A stretch of 63,925 nt of DNA, the filler included, from Olpidium bornovanus S191 (lineage: Eukaryota > Fungi > Olpidiomycota): assembly GCA_017911155.1 (NCBI GenBank). It is 32 parts of 32 records of this genome, joined end to end, with 100 filler letters (N's around TTAATTAATTAA, not from the genome) between each part and the next. Parts side by side here need not be neighbours in the genome. Positions count along the whole stretch, not along the records: positions 45,693 to 47,422 come from JAEFCI010002412.1; positions 47,523 to 49,109 come from JAEFCI010000687.1; positions 49,210 to 50,355 come from JAEFCI010010780.1; positions 50,456 to 53,967 come from JAEFCI010009480.1; positions 54,068 to 55,147 come from JAEFCI010007926.1; positions 55,248 to 57,270 come from JAEFCI010004098.1; positions 57,371 to 58,784 come from JAEFCI010002437.1; positions 58,885 to 59,963 come from JAEFCI010000166.1; 24 more parts are not named here. One strand, 5' to 3'. The notes beneath the pieces are model-generated. The model did not search any database and was not told where the DNA came from. It saw nothing but the letters and a program-made list of their open reading frames with translations. Positions 45,693-59,110 of this stretch are shown one piece after another. The translations under genes and the position numbers were made by a program. Within the stretch, counting starts at the first letter, position 1. Each line of letters starts with the position of its first letter.

Positions 45693-46842
45693 GGAGCCGC
45701 GACCGAGGCCGACGTTCGCGTACTGCGCGAAAAGGACGTTCTCGAGGTAGCGGTGAAGAACCAGAGGTAGGGAGTACGCCAAGACCAGCCAAACCAGCGA
45801 TCGCCTCGTCATGACCAATTTTGCACCGACACTGACGGAGTGGAAAAAGGCTCCAATGATCGACTTCACCTCCTGCATGAACGGAAGCTTATCGTCGACG
45901 GTCACCAGATCATTCTCCTTGTCCAGCTTGATCCGGTACCACACAATGGCGGCAGCCGTATAGAAGACGGGGATAATGGAGAGTGCGTAGCCGTAGCTGA
46001 AGTAGGAAATAAAAGTCGCAGAGAGCAGCGCGCCGGCCGTGCCGGCGACCTCGTAGCAGATATGGACGAGCGAATCCATGTGCTTGAGTTTGTGCTCGTC
46101 GACGCCGACAATGTCGCTCGGAATAACACGTCGCGTGATCTCGATCATCCCGTAGAATATGCCGCTTGAAGGGAAAATCGCGAAGAGGATGAGGGGGTTC
46201 CACGTCCCTGCGGACGAGAGAGGCGAAGCGACAAACGCATGTGAGGCGCTCTGCACAGGCCTTAGCCAGGTGGGATTCCGGCGAGCAGGAGACGCAAGAC
46301 CCAAGGAAAACCAGTTAAACAGGATGTGGGGGGGGTGTACGGGGGGCCTTACCGTGACTGTACTTCGTCTCGTCGCCGAGGCCGCCGTCGCGGCCGCCGC
46401 CGGTGACGAACTCGAGAACAGGAACGATAAGGATGAGAAGGCCGAACAGAAATATCGCCCACGCAAGGACAGCGTTGGTCTTGTACCGCTTTGCAAGCGG
46501 CGCGACCAGGACAGACCCAAGGCATTGGCACGCATAATTCATGGCGAGCATTGTTGTCCACAATGTGTTTGGCCTGGAATCGCGACGGGGAGGCATGGGA
46601 AGAGAATTGGGGTGGTATCAGGGGCAAACCCGAGGCGGGGAGGTGGCGTGGCGCGAATATTCAGGCCCTCTCCCCTCCCGCAGGCAACGAGCGTACCCCA
46701 ACTCCGGTGCGGTTCTCCGAATGACAATGCTCGAGACGCAGCCGTTTAAGGTCTCCAGGGCGAACTTGTACAACATGATGCCGGCGATGTAGACCGTCAA
46801 GTTGCGCTTGTCCTTCGGGGAATAGCCATCGAGAAAGGCCAT
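45693..46842 (-). CDS. Uncharacterised MFS-like multi-pass membrane protein, spliced, 3'-partial
   Basis: Successive hydrophobic helices: YIAGIMLYKFALE, QCLGSVLVAPLAKRY (motif-A-like), RRVIPSDIVG, VHICYEVAGTAGA, LPLVLHRYLEN. Confidence 0.7.
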
Positions 46843-47269
46843 CGCGCCCGCTGTTCGCCGACGGGAGCAGTCGCTGTTCGCCGACGGGAGCAATCGAGAG
46901 GGTGGGGGAGGGAGGAAAAGGGGAGTGCCAAAGTCGGGCACTCTTCTCTCTCTCCTCACTCTCTCCTCAAACTACTCGGGACGCGCGGGAGCTCCGGCGC
47001 GCGCGGTTTGCTTTGATTCTACAACTTGCAGACGGCGGCCGGCTTTATACCGTTGCGGGCGAGCGGCGCAGATGGGGGCGGTGGCGCGAGTGGCAGACGG
47101 GGCGGCGCGCGGGACGGCCCGCCCTGTGCTAGCCGCGGGCGCAGTGCGGACGGGCGGCGAGGGGCGGAGACGCGCCTTGGGGTAGGGAAAGGGGGGGGGT
47201 TGTGGTTTTGAACTATGGTCACCCGCCAAGGGGCTTGTTTCCTTTGTTTTTGTGTATTTATTGGTTCAG

Positions 47270-47373
47270 GAAACGGTTTCTCGTTTGGCACCCGCGTCAT
47301 ACATGGCCGTTGGCGATGGGCTGATCGAAGAACGGTTGAGAATCTGCGTCGAACTGTGGGAAAGCGGACTCAA
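47270..47373 (+). CDS. Isolated exon resembling the HisRS/Gcn2 anticodon-binding domain
   Basis: MAVGDGLIEERLRICVELWESGLN resembles HisRS LLEERLKLVSELWDAGI. The fragment is short and its upstream exons are not evident. Confidence 0.4.
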
Positions 47374-48379
47374 CGTGAGTTTATTCCAATCTAAATCGGC
47401 GGTCTGCACAACTATTAAGGGANNNNNNNNNNNNNNNNNNNNNNNNNNNNNNNNNNNNNNNNNNNNTTAATTAATTAANNNNNNNNNNNNNNNNNNNNNN
47501 NNNNNNNNNNNNNNNNNNNNNNCCATGGCCCGGCCGCTTTGTTTCGGGGGCAGCACAACGCCCGATCGGGCGCTTTCGTTGGCGTCGGTGTCGGCGATGA
47601 TGGATCGGTCGCTGCAAGCGCGGATCGATGCGGACGCCACCGCGCTCGGCGAGGTCACCGGGTGACCTGGGTGACCTGGTGACCTGGTGACCTGGTCTTT
47701 AAGGTCAAAAACAGAACATTTAAAACAGCCAAAAGTTGAACAGCGTCTTCTCCAACCTTTCCTGCGTTTAGAATCTGAAATGCAACCAAAAAAAAAGAAA
47801 ATTTGCGCAGTCGCTTTGGCGCGTCCCAGTTCTCGCCAGCAAGGAAGACGTCCAAAACGGGGCCCAAGTTCGGAAGAGAAAAGACTTTCCAAACCTGGCC
47901 TCAGACCTTTCCCCCAACCCCCACATCGCGAATTCAAATGCCCCCCTCCAAAGCCCGTAGAATTTCAGGAAACTAAACGCTTGGACCAGGTTTCCGGGCT
48001 GTCGGGATCTGACATCATGTGGCAACCTGATGGTCGCGGACACCGGCCTGGCGTGACGTTTAACACACTTTCAGTTCCGTTTTTCGCTCTTGGGGAGTAA
48101 AAACAGAATGGGGGGTGGGGAAAAGGGCGGAAGGGGGGGGAGGGGGGGGAAGGACGGGGGAAGTTGCTTTTTTTCTTCTCGGGGAGAGAAGGCATAAATT
48201 TATGCCTCGTTCGCGCGTAGTCTAATTACACAGTCCGGCATGAGGTAGAAACGAAAAAACGCCGGTGCGCTACAACTATGTTGGAGTTAGAGTAAGATCG
48301 TCGATTTAGATATTACACATGGTCTGCTACTGTGAAGGAACCTGTTAACAAAACATGCGCTTTCCCCACATGGCGCGGG

Positions 48380-49098
<719 letters not shown>

Positions 49099-50559
49099 AA
49101 CAGAAAATANNNNNNNNNNNNNNNNNNNNNNNNNNNNNNNNNNNNNNNNNNNNTTAATTAATTAANNNNNNNNNNNNNNNNNNNNNNNNNNNNNNNNNNN
49201 NNNNNNNNNAATAGCCGGGTCCTGTAAGAAAAAAAGGTCCCATCGCGAATGTCATAACCCTCGGAAACTACGAGGAACAAAGTTAAGAGCTGTCTGTCAC
49301 CGAACGATCTCGGTTGACGAGGAATTCATGCGTTATAACGAGTACGTGACTTTATATAAGACGATGCATTTGGAGGAACCAGTGTACGAAATGCGTAATG
49401 CAGGTTAACCTGGAGATGTCTGGGAACTGTATCCGTTTCCCTCCCCCCCACTCCACCCCGGTGTCCCCGTCACGGGCCCGCTGACCGGGCGAGTGACAGC
49501 CGCGATCCGAGCTTTCCGTCGACAGCAACGATGAAAGAGAGAAACGGTGACAACGAGACGGGGGAAGGACCGTCGGATGCTTCTGTGTTTTCGCGTCAGG
49601 TACCCGTTGGGTGTTGGTTGAATGGGGGAATTGGTTTGACAGACACGAACGAGCGGGACGCCCACGTTTTTTTTTTTTTTTTTTTTTAGGTTTTGGGGGT
49701 GTTTCTGGTCCGGTGAGGCATTTGGTGGAAAAGTTACCGGCGTTGTGTCTGAGACACCGCCAGAAATTTTCCCCCCAAAACCTCTAAATTTGTCAAAAAG
49801 TCGGGTGAAAATGACCAGACTGGAAGATGAAAATTTAAGACTTTGTTTAATCCGGGCCATTTTGGCTGACGGGGGGTAATTTTCCTGAGAAAAACTCCCA
49901 TAACGGGCAGACATGGTCGGAGAGGGTGGGGGGGGAACGTTTTGTTGCCTCGCATCGTGATACATAGCCCGAGATCCGCTCTGAGTTTTTTGTTATATTT
50001 TTCCCTCGCCGCGCGTGCAGATCGCTCGCCAGCAAACCCATCGACCACGTCTTCGACGCGGGCCGCCTGATGGTCGCGTTCCTGATGAAGCGTTTTTAAA
50101 AGCTGACAAATCCTGAATATAACACAGGGCCCCGCTTTTTTTTTTTTTTTTTTTTTTCTTGACAATGACCACCGGCACGCGTACGGTCAATTCCTGGTTC
50201 GAGAATCCTTTCTACGGCGCCTGACATCCGCCTCACGCAATATGCCGAATATCTCCCCGGGGGAAAGTGTAGTCCATTTTTCTGTCAACTCGTCACTTTT
50301 CGAATCTGTCGCTAGGGCATCGGCGCTAGCACGGAAGAAATGCAGGCTTTCCATGNNNNNNNNNNNNNNNNNNNNNNNNNNNNNNNNNNNNNNNNNNNNT
50401 TAATTAATTAANNNNNNNNNNNNNNNNNNNNNNNNNNNNNNNNNNNNNNNNNNNNAGGGGCGCCGCACCTCGGAATTTGCTACGATGGACGAAGGGAACT
50501 CGACACAATCAAAATGTACAGCGACTCGAACTAAGCAGGGTGCTGCGAGGCCCGCGCGT

Positions 50560-50930
50560 CGACAACTGAATTCATGGGCGTGTACGACGGCGAACCAATC
50601 TCTTGGCAATCTGCTCGACAGAGATGCGTGACCACATCATCATGCGAGGTAGAGTTTGTTGCCAGCTTCGGAGCGGCACAGGAAATGAAATGGTTTAGGT
50701 TGCTCCTCTACAGCATCGACCCAGACATCATCAAGGGACCATCGCCCTTCTATAACGATAACAATGGAGCGCTGTAGCGGGTGACATCAGGGTATCGAAG
50801 AAAACTAAGCACATAAATACCAAGTTTTATTGTCTGAGGTAGTGTGCCGTGGATCGAGAGATCCAGATTGAGCGCGCTTCCTCTGCAGATAATCCGGCTG
50901 ACCTTCTCACGAAGTCGAAAAAAAAAGTGA
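50560..50930 (+). mobile_element. Degenerate Ty1/copia RNase H remnant
   Basis: GEPISWQSARQRCVTTSSCEVEFVA...AQEMKWFRLLL...FYNDNNGAL* then KKTKHINTKFY...ADNPADLLTKS, with stops and a frameshift. Confidence 0.9.
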
Positions 50931-51471
50931 GATTCGTCAAATGTAAAATGATGCTCGGTATGCGAGGCAGCGTGTTCCACCCGCAGACACTGAGGAAAAG
51001 ATAGATTAAGGCAGTGTCCCATAAACAGAGCATGACCACGGAATATGATAAGGGAGAGCGCGCGATGAGGAGTGTAGAGAAAAAGAGGGAAAAGGAGCTC
51101 AGGCCCAACCAGCGTGCATCGAGCGGCGAAAACAATCCACTTCCCCCCTCCCCATATAAACCCCTGAAGAATTGCTAGGAAAAACGGCTAGAACCGCATA
51201 GCAAAAATATGGCTCCCTACGGAGTCTCGTTCGACAACCCGTGCTCGACACAGCTTCCCCTCTCGTCTCCTGCGTACGCGAATTCGTCTCGTCCTCCCAC
51301 GAGGGGAGGGGGGAGGGGGGAGGGCGGCGGGCTGAAAGAGCAACAATATAAATTGAATCCGCATGAAGGGGGAAAAAGAAAATAAATCTTTCAGACGGGC
51401 AAACCCTCCCCTTCCCCCCCCCCCCCCTTTTTTTTTCCGGCAGTCGATCGAGGAATAACAAAAACCACCGC

Positions 51472-51503
<32 letters not shown>

Positions 51504-51590
51504 CTCTCTCTCTCTCTCTCGCACTCGCTCTCTCGCTCGCTCGCCCTGCCTTTCCCGCCCTCCCGGTACACCGCCGCTAACCGCGGAATC

Positions 51591-53810
51591 ATGCCCTCGC
51601 TGGTGCTGCCCGCTCCCCCCGCTCAGCTGCTGCTGGCCAAGGACGCCAAGACCGCCTTGTCGAGTGCGTGTGTGTCAATAGCGCCGCGCCGCTGCGGGCG
51701 CTCGCGGCCCCTCCCCCCCCCAGCGCGCCCTTTTCGTTTTCGGAACCCGGCGCGCGGCGTTGTTCTCGCACGCTGCGGCGCGTCCACTTCCACCGCCCGC
51801 GCCTCACCACGCCCCGGAGCTCGCGCGGTGTGCCCCCCGTGGACGTCATTCGGGATTCAAAACGGCCAGCCACGGCAAGCCCCGAAGCTCGTCACCCTCC
51901 TTCTCCTGTCCAGCGTAGGAGTCGCTTACCGTTTCGTTTCCCGATTCTCTCGTCCTTCGCCTTGTCCTAGCTCCCGTGGACAAGCGAGTCGAGCCCATTG
52001 GTCGTTTCTTTGCTGCACACGTGAGCCGACGCAGGCACGGGCGGACGATTTCCGAGGACGACAGGAAGCGGCGGGAGGCAGAGGAGCAGGAGTTGGCCCT
52101 TGCCAACGCCGCGCTTAAGGAAGAGGAGGAGGAAGAAGACCCCTCCCTGCTTGCCCTCGACGCCCAGCAGTGGAAGTCGCAAGACCACTACAAAGTCCTT
52201 GGCCTGTCTCGACTCCGGTACAAGGCCACTTTTGAGGACATCAAGAAGGCTTGTAAGTCTTTTGGGAAAAGCGGAGTTCGGGAGCGCAAAACAAAGAGGA
52301 GCGCTTGAAAAGCGGATGCTGTTCCAGCGTTTTTTTCTTTTGCCGCGAAAGTCTCGCGCATTTTCGGACGGCGGTCACCCAACTTTGTGCCGATGGGGGA
52401 GCACCGCGTTTGCTAACTAGTTTGGCGCGCCGCGCGCTTCAGACAACAAAAAGGCGCTGAAGCATCACCCTGACAAAAAGGGAGGGGACGATAGGGTGCG
52501 TAATTCTCTTCGCAATGCTGCTGGGAGCGCCGCCGAAACGCAGGCCGCCGAAACGCAGGTGTCACTGGAGACCCACACGGCCAATTTGCCTTTTTCTCCC
52601 CCCCTCTTTTTCCGTGGCAGTTTTTCAAATGCATTCAAATGGCCTTCAACGTCCTCTCGGACCCGGTCAAGAAGCGCCAGTTTGATTCTGTGGACCCGGG
52701 AATTCAGGACGAATTTCCCTCCTCAAAGGAACAGGGCGATTTCTTTGCCCTCTATAGCCGCTTTTTCGAGATGGAGGCCCGCTTCTCGAACCGACAGCCC
52801 GTCCCGCTGCTCGGATCTTACGACTCGCCGAAAAAGGACGTTGAGGAGTTTTACGACTTTTGGTACAACTTCGATTCGTGGCGGTCGTTCGAGTACCTGG
52901 ACAAGCATGACACTGATCTCGCCGACAACCGCGACGACAAGCGGTATATGGACAAAAAGAACCGTGCCGAGAGGGCACAGAGGAAGAAGGAAGACAACGC
53001 GAAGCTTCGGAAATACGTTGGTTAGTGATTGTTGGACGCGTCGGTTTCCTGCCGCCCATTTCCCCGAGAGCATTTTGCTTTTTCTTGGGTTTCCTTGAGG
53101 AAGCGTGTCCGATGCGTGGTTTGCGTACAGTGGTTGACCCTCTGCCATGCTCAATGGGACCTGCTTTCAGACCAGACGTTGAAGTTTGATCCCCGCATAG
53201 CGAAGTTCCGAAGGGAGGAGAGCATGGCACGAAACGCAAAAAAGGAGGCGCGTTGTGCCGCCGAGCGGGACGCTGCTCGAGCAAAAAAGAGAGCGGAAGA
53301 GGAAGCCAAAGCGGCAGCGGAGCGGGCAGTTGCTGAGGCGAAGTTGGAGGTTCGTCTAAACCACCGCCGCGTCGAGGTTCTTCTTTGCGTTGGCTGGGCA
53401 ACGATGTGCAAGAAGCTTCTTGTTGTGTAACGGGTTTCGATACCTGTGATTAGGCGGAAGCAGCGAAAAAGGAGAAGGACAGGAAAAAGTACGCGCTGAA
53501 GAAGGAGAAGAAGACGCTGAAGAAGCTGATCGCAGTGAGTGAATTGCCGGGGAGCCAAACTTGTCGTGCGCTTTTTCTTTGGAGTTATATCTGACGTGTC
53601 ACTTTTGGAAATCAGGAACACAATTACTTCCTTCCCGCTGGTTCGCCCGTCGCGGGCCCCGACCAAGTCGAACAACAACTCAACAAGCTCGACTCCGTTT
53701 TCGCGAAGCTGCCTGTTAATGAGCTTGAGAAGCTGCGGACCGCGTTGGAAGCTGGCAAAGGAGACAGTAATATTATGTCAGCGACATTCGAGGCCGCTGT
53801 TCCCAAATAG
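51591..53810 (+). CDS. ZUO1: Zuotin (ribosome-associated J-protein, DNAJC2 family), multi-exon
   Basis: VEPIGRFF, WKSQDHYKVLGLSRLRYKAT, KHHPDK, LSDPVKKRQFDSVD, FYDFWYNFDSWRSFEYLD, NRDDKRY, DPRIAKFR. Ends at 53810 without SANT domains (fungal type). Confidence 0.96.
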
Positions 53811-54067
53811 AGGCCTCCAGTTTGGCGTCAAAAAACAGAAACCCTACATGACATTTTATTTTCTGGACTGCTGGGCTTGAAATTCTAATCGACGTCTGCC
53901 CGAAATTTTCGTCATTGGCAACCCGAAATCTGCCGCGCTCTAAAAAACAGGGACATTGATGTATACTNNNNNNNNNNNNNNNNNNNNNNNNNNNNNNNNN
54001 NNNNNNNNNNNTTAATTAATTAANNNNNNNNNNNNNNNNNNNNNNNNNNNNNNNNNNNNNNNNNNNN

Positions 54068-54099
<32 letters not shown>

Positions 54100-54155
54100 G
54101 CCTGGGGGGGGAAAAAATCGGGGAATTTTTTTTTGAGACAAGGGGGGGGGGGGGG

Positions 54156-54191
<36 letters not shown>

Positions 54192-54395
54192 AGAAGCGAC
54201 TCGGGCGGGACAAAATCGAGGAAATTTTTTTTGAGACAAGCGGGGATCGGGGGAAAAAAAAACAATTCTCGCCCTTAGGGGGGGGATGGGGGGGGGGATC
54301 TTGCACCGGGCGCCAAACCGGTGCAAATCCCCCCGTCGGGCCGGCGCGGAACCTTTTTTTCCCTGTTTTCTTTTTTCTTTTCTTTCCTTTTTTTT

Positions 54396-54429
<34 letters not shown>

Positions 54430-55247
54430 TGGTGCCCCCCCCCCCCCTTGTATATAGCCCGTGGGAGGAGCACCACCGCAGGGAGAACGGGACGGGGGAT
54501 GGGATGGCGGGGAGGAGGAGAGGAGGAGGGGAGGAGGGGAGGAAAGCAGGTTGGTTCTCGCGTCTGACATATTCTTCAGAATTCCATTCGTTCGGCAGCG
54601 AATTACGGTTAGAAGAATTAGCCGAAGAATCAGGCTACGCTTGATTCTTGCGGCTTCAGTCGCATTGAACACATTTCACAGCAGGTTGGGTGCCCAACCT
54701 GACGAGACGTCGCAATTGCCTGATTCCGCCTTAACCTGGACTCTCACACTCTGCAAGCCCCGAATTCTGGCCAATGGCGTGTTTCCTTTGCCATCTATGT
54801 AGTCCTGGCAACGTAATTACGCGAAATTTGAAGAATCATTTTCGATGCTTTTGCAAAAAAAAAAAAAGTTGTTTGGAAGATTGCTAAACGAAAATTATCA
54901 GTGAGTGACAGGGATCTCGTCGTTACCGCTGCAGTTTTGAGCACTGGGGCGCGTGCTGTCGTACAACAGAGCACGACGGCACATAAAATTAAGGATAAGG
55001 GGTATCTCGACTATTCGTGACCAGAAAAAAAAAAAAAAAAAATTTTCTCCTCTGCGCGGCTCCTCCCACTCGCCGCAGAGCCGCACCACGTTCACTCAAA
55101 TGCTCGGCTATCCGTCTGCCGCATCCATCACAGCATATTGCGCATGCNNNNNNNNNNNNNNNNNNNNNNNNNNNNNNNNNNNNNNNNNNNNTTAATTAAT
55201 TAANNNNNNNNNNNNNNNNNNNNNNNNNNNNNNNNNNNNNNNNNNNN

Positions 55248-55933
55248 ACTTCTTCAAGGATTGGATCTCAGGGTATGCCGACATTATGGCTCCCCTCACC
55301 AATCTCTTGAAGAAGGATGCCCCCTTCGACTGGTCCCCGGTGCACCAGGCTGCCGTCGATGCCATCAAGCACAAGATTGCGTCAGCGCCCACCCTGGCAT
55401 ACTTCGACCCGACGAAGGCAACGACGCTTTATACCGACGCGTTTGCCTTCGCCATTGGCGGATGGATTGGCCAACGGGATTCAACCAATCCCGAAGCCCT
55501 CGACAGGCCGGTCCTTTATTGGAGCCGGAAGTGCAAGCCCGCAGAGACACGCTACGGCACCCACGAGCGTGAACTCCTTGCACTCCTGGAGCTCCTTCGG
55601 ATCGACCGACCCTACGTCGAAGGCCGCCCGTTCACTGCCAAGACCGACCATCAAGCTCTGAAGTGGCTCCATACCCAGCCGCAGCGCTCCAGGCGGCAGG
55701 CCGCCTGGATCGAGCCTCTTCAGAGCTTCGACATGACCATTGAGTACTTGCCGGGGCGGCAGAACCGGCTCGCCGACATCCTGTCTCGGCGACCGGACTA
55801 CACCCCCAACTGCCCCAAGTGCGATGCGCGAATAGTGGCGGCCGCAGCCGTCACGACCGGCCGCTCTGCTCTGCTCGACCGTGTCGCTGTGATGCGCCGC
55901 GCTCGGCGGCCAGCCAGTGCGGACATCCGGTAA
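55248..55933 (+). mobile_element. Ty3/gypsy RT thumb plus RNase H fragment
   Basis: MAPLTNLLKKDAPFDW...APTLAYFDP...LYTDAFAFAIGG...RYGTHERELLAL...FTAKTDHQALKWL...IEYLPGRQNRLADILSRRPDY. Confidence 0.93.
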
Positions 55934-56177
55934 CCTGCCGGGGACCATGCGGAGCAAACCCCCGCTCGTCGGGGATTAATTCTCCCGATGCTCGGGGCTT
56001 TCCCCCTCTTCCCCCCTTCCCCCCCCCCCCCCACCCTCCCCCCCCCCCCCCCCCCCCCGCCCCTTTCCCGAGGCCCTCCGCGTCGGCTTTCTTTTCCCGC
56101 CCGCACCGAGCGCGTCTTTCCCTCTCCGTCCCCCTCCCCCCCCTCCACCCACCCCCGCTTCCGCGGTCGCGACGGAA

Positions 56178-57120
56178 ATGCGCGCGTTCTCGCTTGCGGT
56201 CCTTCTGCTCGCCGCCGCCTGCTCGGCGGCCGCCCTGGAAAGGAGAAGCGAGCCGCAGGCCCCATCCGCGGAGCCCGCGGAATGGCACGCGGCGGCGGTA
56301 GGCGCGGACGACGCCGGGACGTGGCAGGAAGCCGAAGCGGCGGTCGCGCACGACTCGGCGGCCGAGGTCGCGTCGACTTCCGCGGAGTCTAGTAAACTCC
56401 CCGCCGGCGACTGCGCGATCATGAACTACGGTAGGGAGCAGTCCGCCCTTTCTTTTTTGGCTGATAAAAATATTTGAAAATTAGAAAAAAGCAATTCTCT
56501 AAACGTCGGTTTTCGGTGGGTGTGCAAACGCGTACGCTTTGTAGCCCTCGCTCTCGAGCACCTCGAAAGGACGTTCTACGAAGAAAGCCTGGGTTGGCTG
56601 AGCGCGGAGGACTTTTACAAGGCGAACATCCCGAACGCGCAAAAGGTGTACCTGAACTTCGTGCACATTTCGCAACACGAGCGCCAGCACGTCAAAACCC
56701 TGCAACGCGTCATCACCACGTTCTGCGGCACCCCTCTTCCGCCGTGCAAGTACAACTGTAAGGACCGGCCCTCGGCCGGTTGTATTTGGGCGTTGGCGAG
56801 CGGGGCGTGTTAGGAACCGGCGCGTGGTTGACGGGCTCCTTACCGGCGGCTTACTCCTCTCCGCCTTCTCTTCTTCCTCCCTCCCTTCTCTCTCTCTTTC
56901 TCTCTCCCACTCCCCCCCCCCAAACCCCCTCCTTATCCGGTCGTAATTTAAGTTGGCGTCAGCGATGTAAAAAGCTTCCTGGCCGTTGCGCGCTTGTTCG
57001 AGAAGATCGGCGTGTCAGCTTACGACGGTGCGCTCGCCCTCATCGCCACCGGGGACATTCAGACGGCTGCGGGGGTAAGCATTTCCCGCAAACGCCTCCC
57101 GGGCGGTGGTTTTCTCGCGA

Positions 57121-57155
<35 letters not shown>

Positions 57156-57270
57156 AATTACTCGACCGCTTTTTGGTTCCCCTTTTGACCGAATCAAAAA
57201 TAACGAATTCAACTTTTTTGGACAGACGATTGCGTCCGTCGAGTCGCGCCACGCCAGTTTCCTCAACATG
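56178..57270 (+). CDS. Secreted ferritin-like (Rds1 / Ferritin_2) protein, spliced, 3'-partial
   Basis: Signal peptide, then DCAIMNY|ALALEHLERTFYEE...HERQHVKTL...PPCKYN|FGVSDVKSFLAVARLFEKIGVSAYDGA...|TIASVESRHASFL. Confidence 0.9.
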
Positions 57271-57370
57271 NNNNNNNNNNNNNNNNNNNNNNNNNNNNNN
57301 NNNNNNNNNNNNNNTTAATTAATTAANNNNNNNNNNNNNNNNNNNNNNNNNNNNNNNNNNNNNNNNNNNN

Positions 57371-57660
57371 CATGCGGTTGGTCACTTTGACCAGCATTTT
57401 TGAATCGACCGGCAGCCAGAATCTTTTCTTTTCTCGGACCTGGATAGCCCGGCAACTGGCTCCGCTTCCCAGCTGTGGCATTTGACGCCGAATCTTTCCC
57501 TTTAGAGAATCAGGGCTTCGCCCCGGAAAATAGACAGACAGTTTGGTCCAAGGAATCTTCTTGTGCATCGGCGATCTGCGGTTGACCATTTTGACAAGGC
57601 GTTCGCTTTCGCTGTTCGACCAGGGAGTGCAACGATTGTGACAGGCCTCGGCAATGCGAG
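57371..57660 (-). CDS. Myb/SANT-like repeat-containing ORF fragment
   Basis: PWSNSESERLVKMV...IPWTKLSVYFPGRSPDSLKGK, then the start of a second repeat FWLPVDSKMLVKV. Confidence 0.6.
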
Positions 57661-58948
57661 CAGCGCCGCAGGCGGGCGGCGGCTGTTCCGTGCCTCGAAA
57701 CGTACCCCAGCGCGCGTGACGGCGCAAGAATAAGCGTGCGGACGATTCTGCCCCAAGAACATTCCTGCGGCCGGCCAACCGGCGGCAGACGATGTTAAAA
57801 AAGCGCTCTCTCCGACGTCGCAATTATCCACGCTTGCAGCCGCGAGGTTCCCAGCGGGCATACTAACAGAAGCGGACGAGATCCTCGCAAAGTCGGGCGT
57901 GGAAGCCTTCCTGTCAGCATCCCGGCCCGCAGCGCTTGATGAGAGTTTCCGGGGGGTGAAACCGGGAACAGGGGGTTTACAAACTGGAAGCGGCCAAGCG
58001 AAAGTTTTCGACGTGGTCTCAGAAAATATCTGCTTGCTCTAAGAGCCTGAAATTTGCCGTGACCACATCGGAGCCGATGACTTCAGGCCTATCCGGGGAA
58101 AGCCTGTGCAAGAGCTTCCCCACCTTTCGCCAACGGGGATCCCGATGCGTAGATAAACCGCGGAGGCGGCGGGGGACCGGGTGAAATTGTTTTTGCCTCG
58201 GCGCCCAACAGCTCGAATTTTATCGTTTGTTCTGCGTCCGATATGCCGCGGCCGGTCATTGGCGGGATATGTTGGCAAAAAGCTAAATCCGCTTCTCGAC
58301 CAGAGCATTGAGAAATGGGATCCCTGCCCGCGTCCGTTCGCGCCCGTCACCAGATATTTATTTCTTCCACAACCTCCCCACCCCAACCCCCCCCCGCCAA
58401 GCGGTTTTCAGCAATCGAAAACCGGGCCGCCGCTGGTGACAGCGCGCGCGCATTAGCGTTCCCGACAAACGAAGTCCATATCTAACGCTACTACGCCGGT
58501 GCTCGCTGAAACGCTATCGATTAGCCTGAACCGGCTACCTCGCGGCCGAAATGTATGCGCAGCCTACATGATCTCATTCCGGGCATACAGAGTTTCGGAC
58601 CAAGGGGCCTCCGTCCTTTCTGCGGGGTGGAAATTGGAGGTCAATGGAGTTAGCCGGATTAAGTAAAGCGCGTGCTTTCTGTCGTTCCCGGTATCGTCCG
58701 ACTTTGTTCTCGCAATTCGCCGCGTGTTGCGGGAATGGTGTGAAATGCCGAGGGGCGCTGCGGCCGCCGGCGTTCCAAAACATGNNNNNNNNNNNNNNNN
58801 NNNNNNNNNNNNNNNNNNNNNNNNNNNNTTAATTAATTAANNNNNNNNNNNNNNNNNNNNNNNNNNNNNNNNNNNNNNNNNNNNCATGCGCCGGCTACTG
58901 ACTTTTCTTTTTTTTTATTTTGTTTCTGGGGTCCCTTTACGCTGACAG

Positions 58949-59110
58949 CTACAACAGTACCAGGACATCCCGTACAATCTCTGCCCCGTGGAAGAAATCG
59001 CTTTGCAGCTGACCAACCTCCCGATACCAACAGACGCGATGGAGAAGCAGCTGTACGAGCAGAGCCTGCAGCGGGAACCGCGTCCCGCTGATCGAAATCA
59101 CCCGGCGTGA
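58949..59110 (+). CDS. RasGEF (Cdc25-like) domain, last exon
   Basis: After acceptor GCTGACAG: LQQYQDIPYNLCPVEEI...EKQLYEQSLQREPR, the typical RasGEF C-terminal signature. Confidence 0.75.
   Translation, partial: LQQYQDIPYNLCPVEEIALQLTNLPIPTDAMEKQLYEQSLQREPRPADRNHPA

Noticed and set aside
47655-47695. GGTGACCT(G) short tandem repeat
   Set aside because: It is a simple microsatellite-like slippage with no further context.
49930-50120. Possible RNA polymerase III subunit Rpc25 exon (KYNKKLRADLGLCIT)
   Set aside because: Only a short motif matches and the upstream residues do not align, so it is insufficient to call.
54068-54470. Duplicated GAGACAAG-containing blocks among homopolymers
   Set aside because: This is low-quality, homopolymer-smeared contig-end sequence and probably an artefact.
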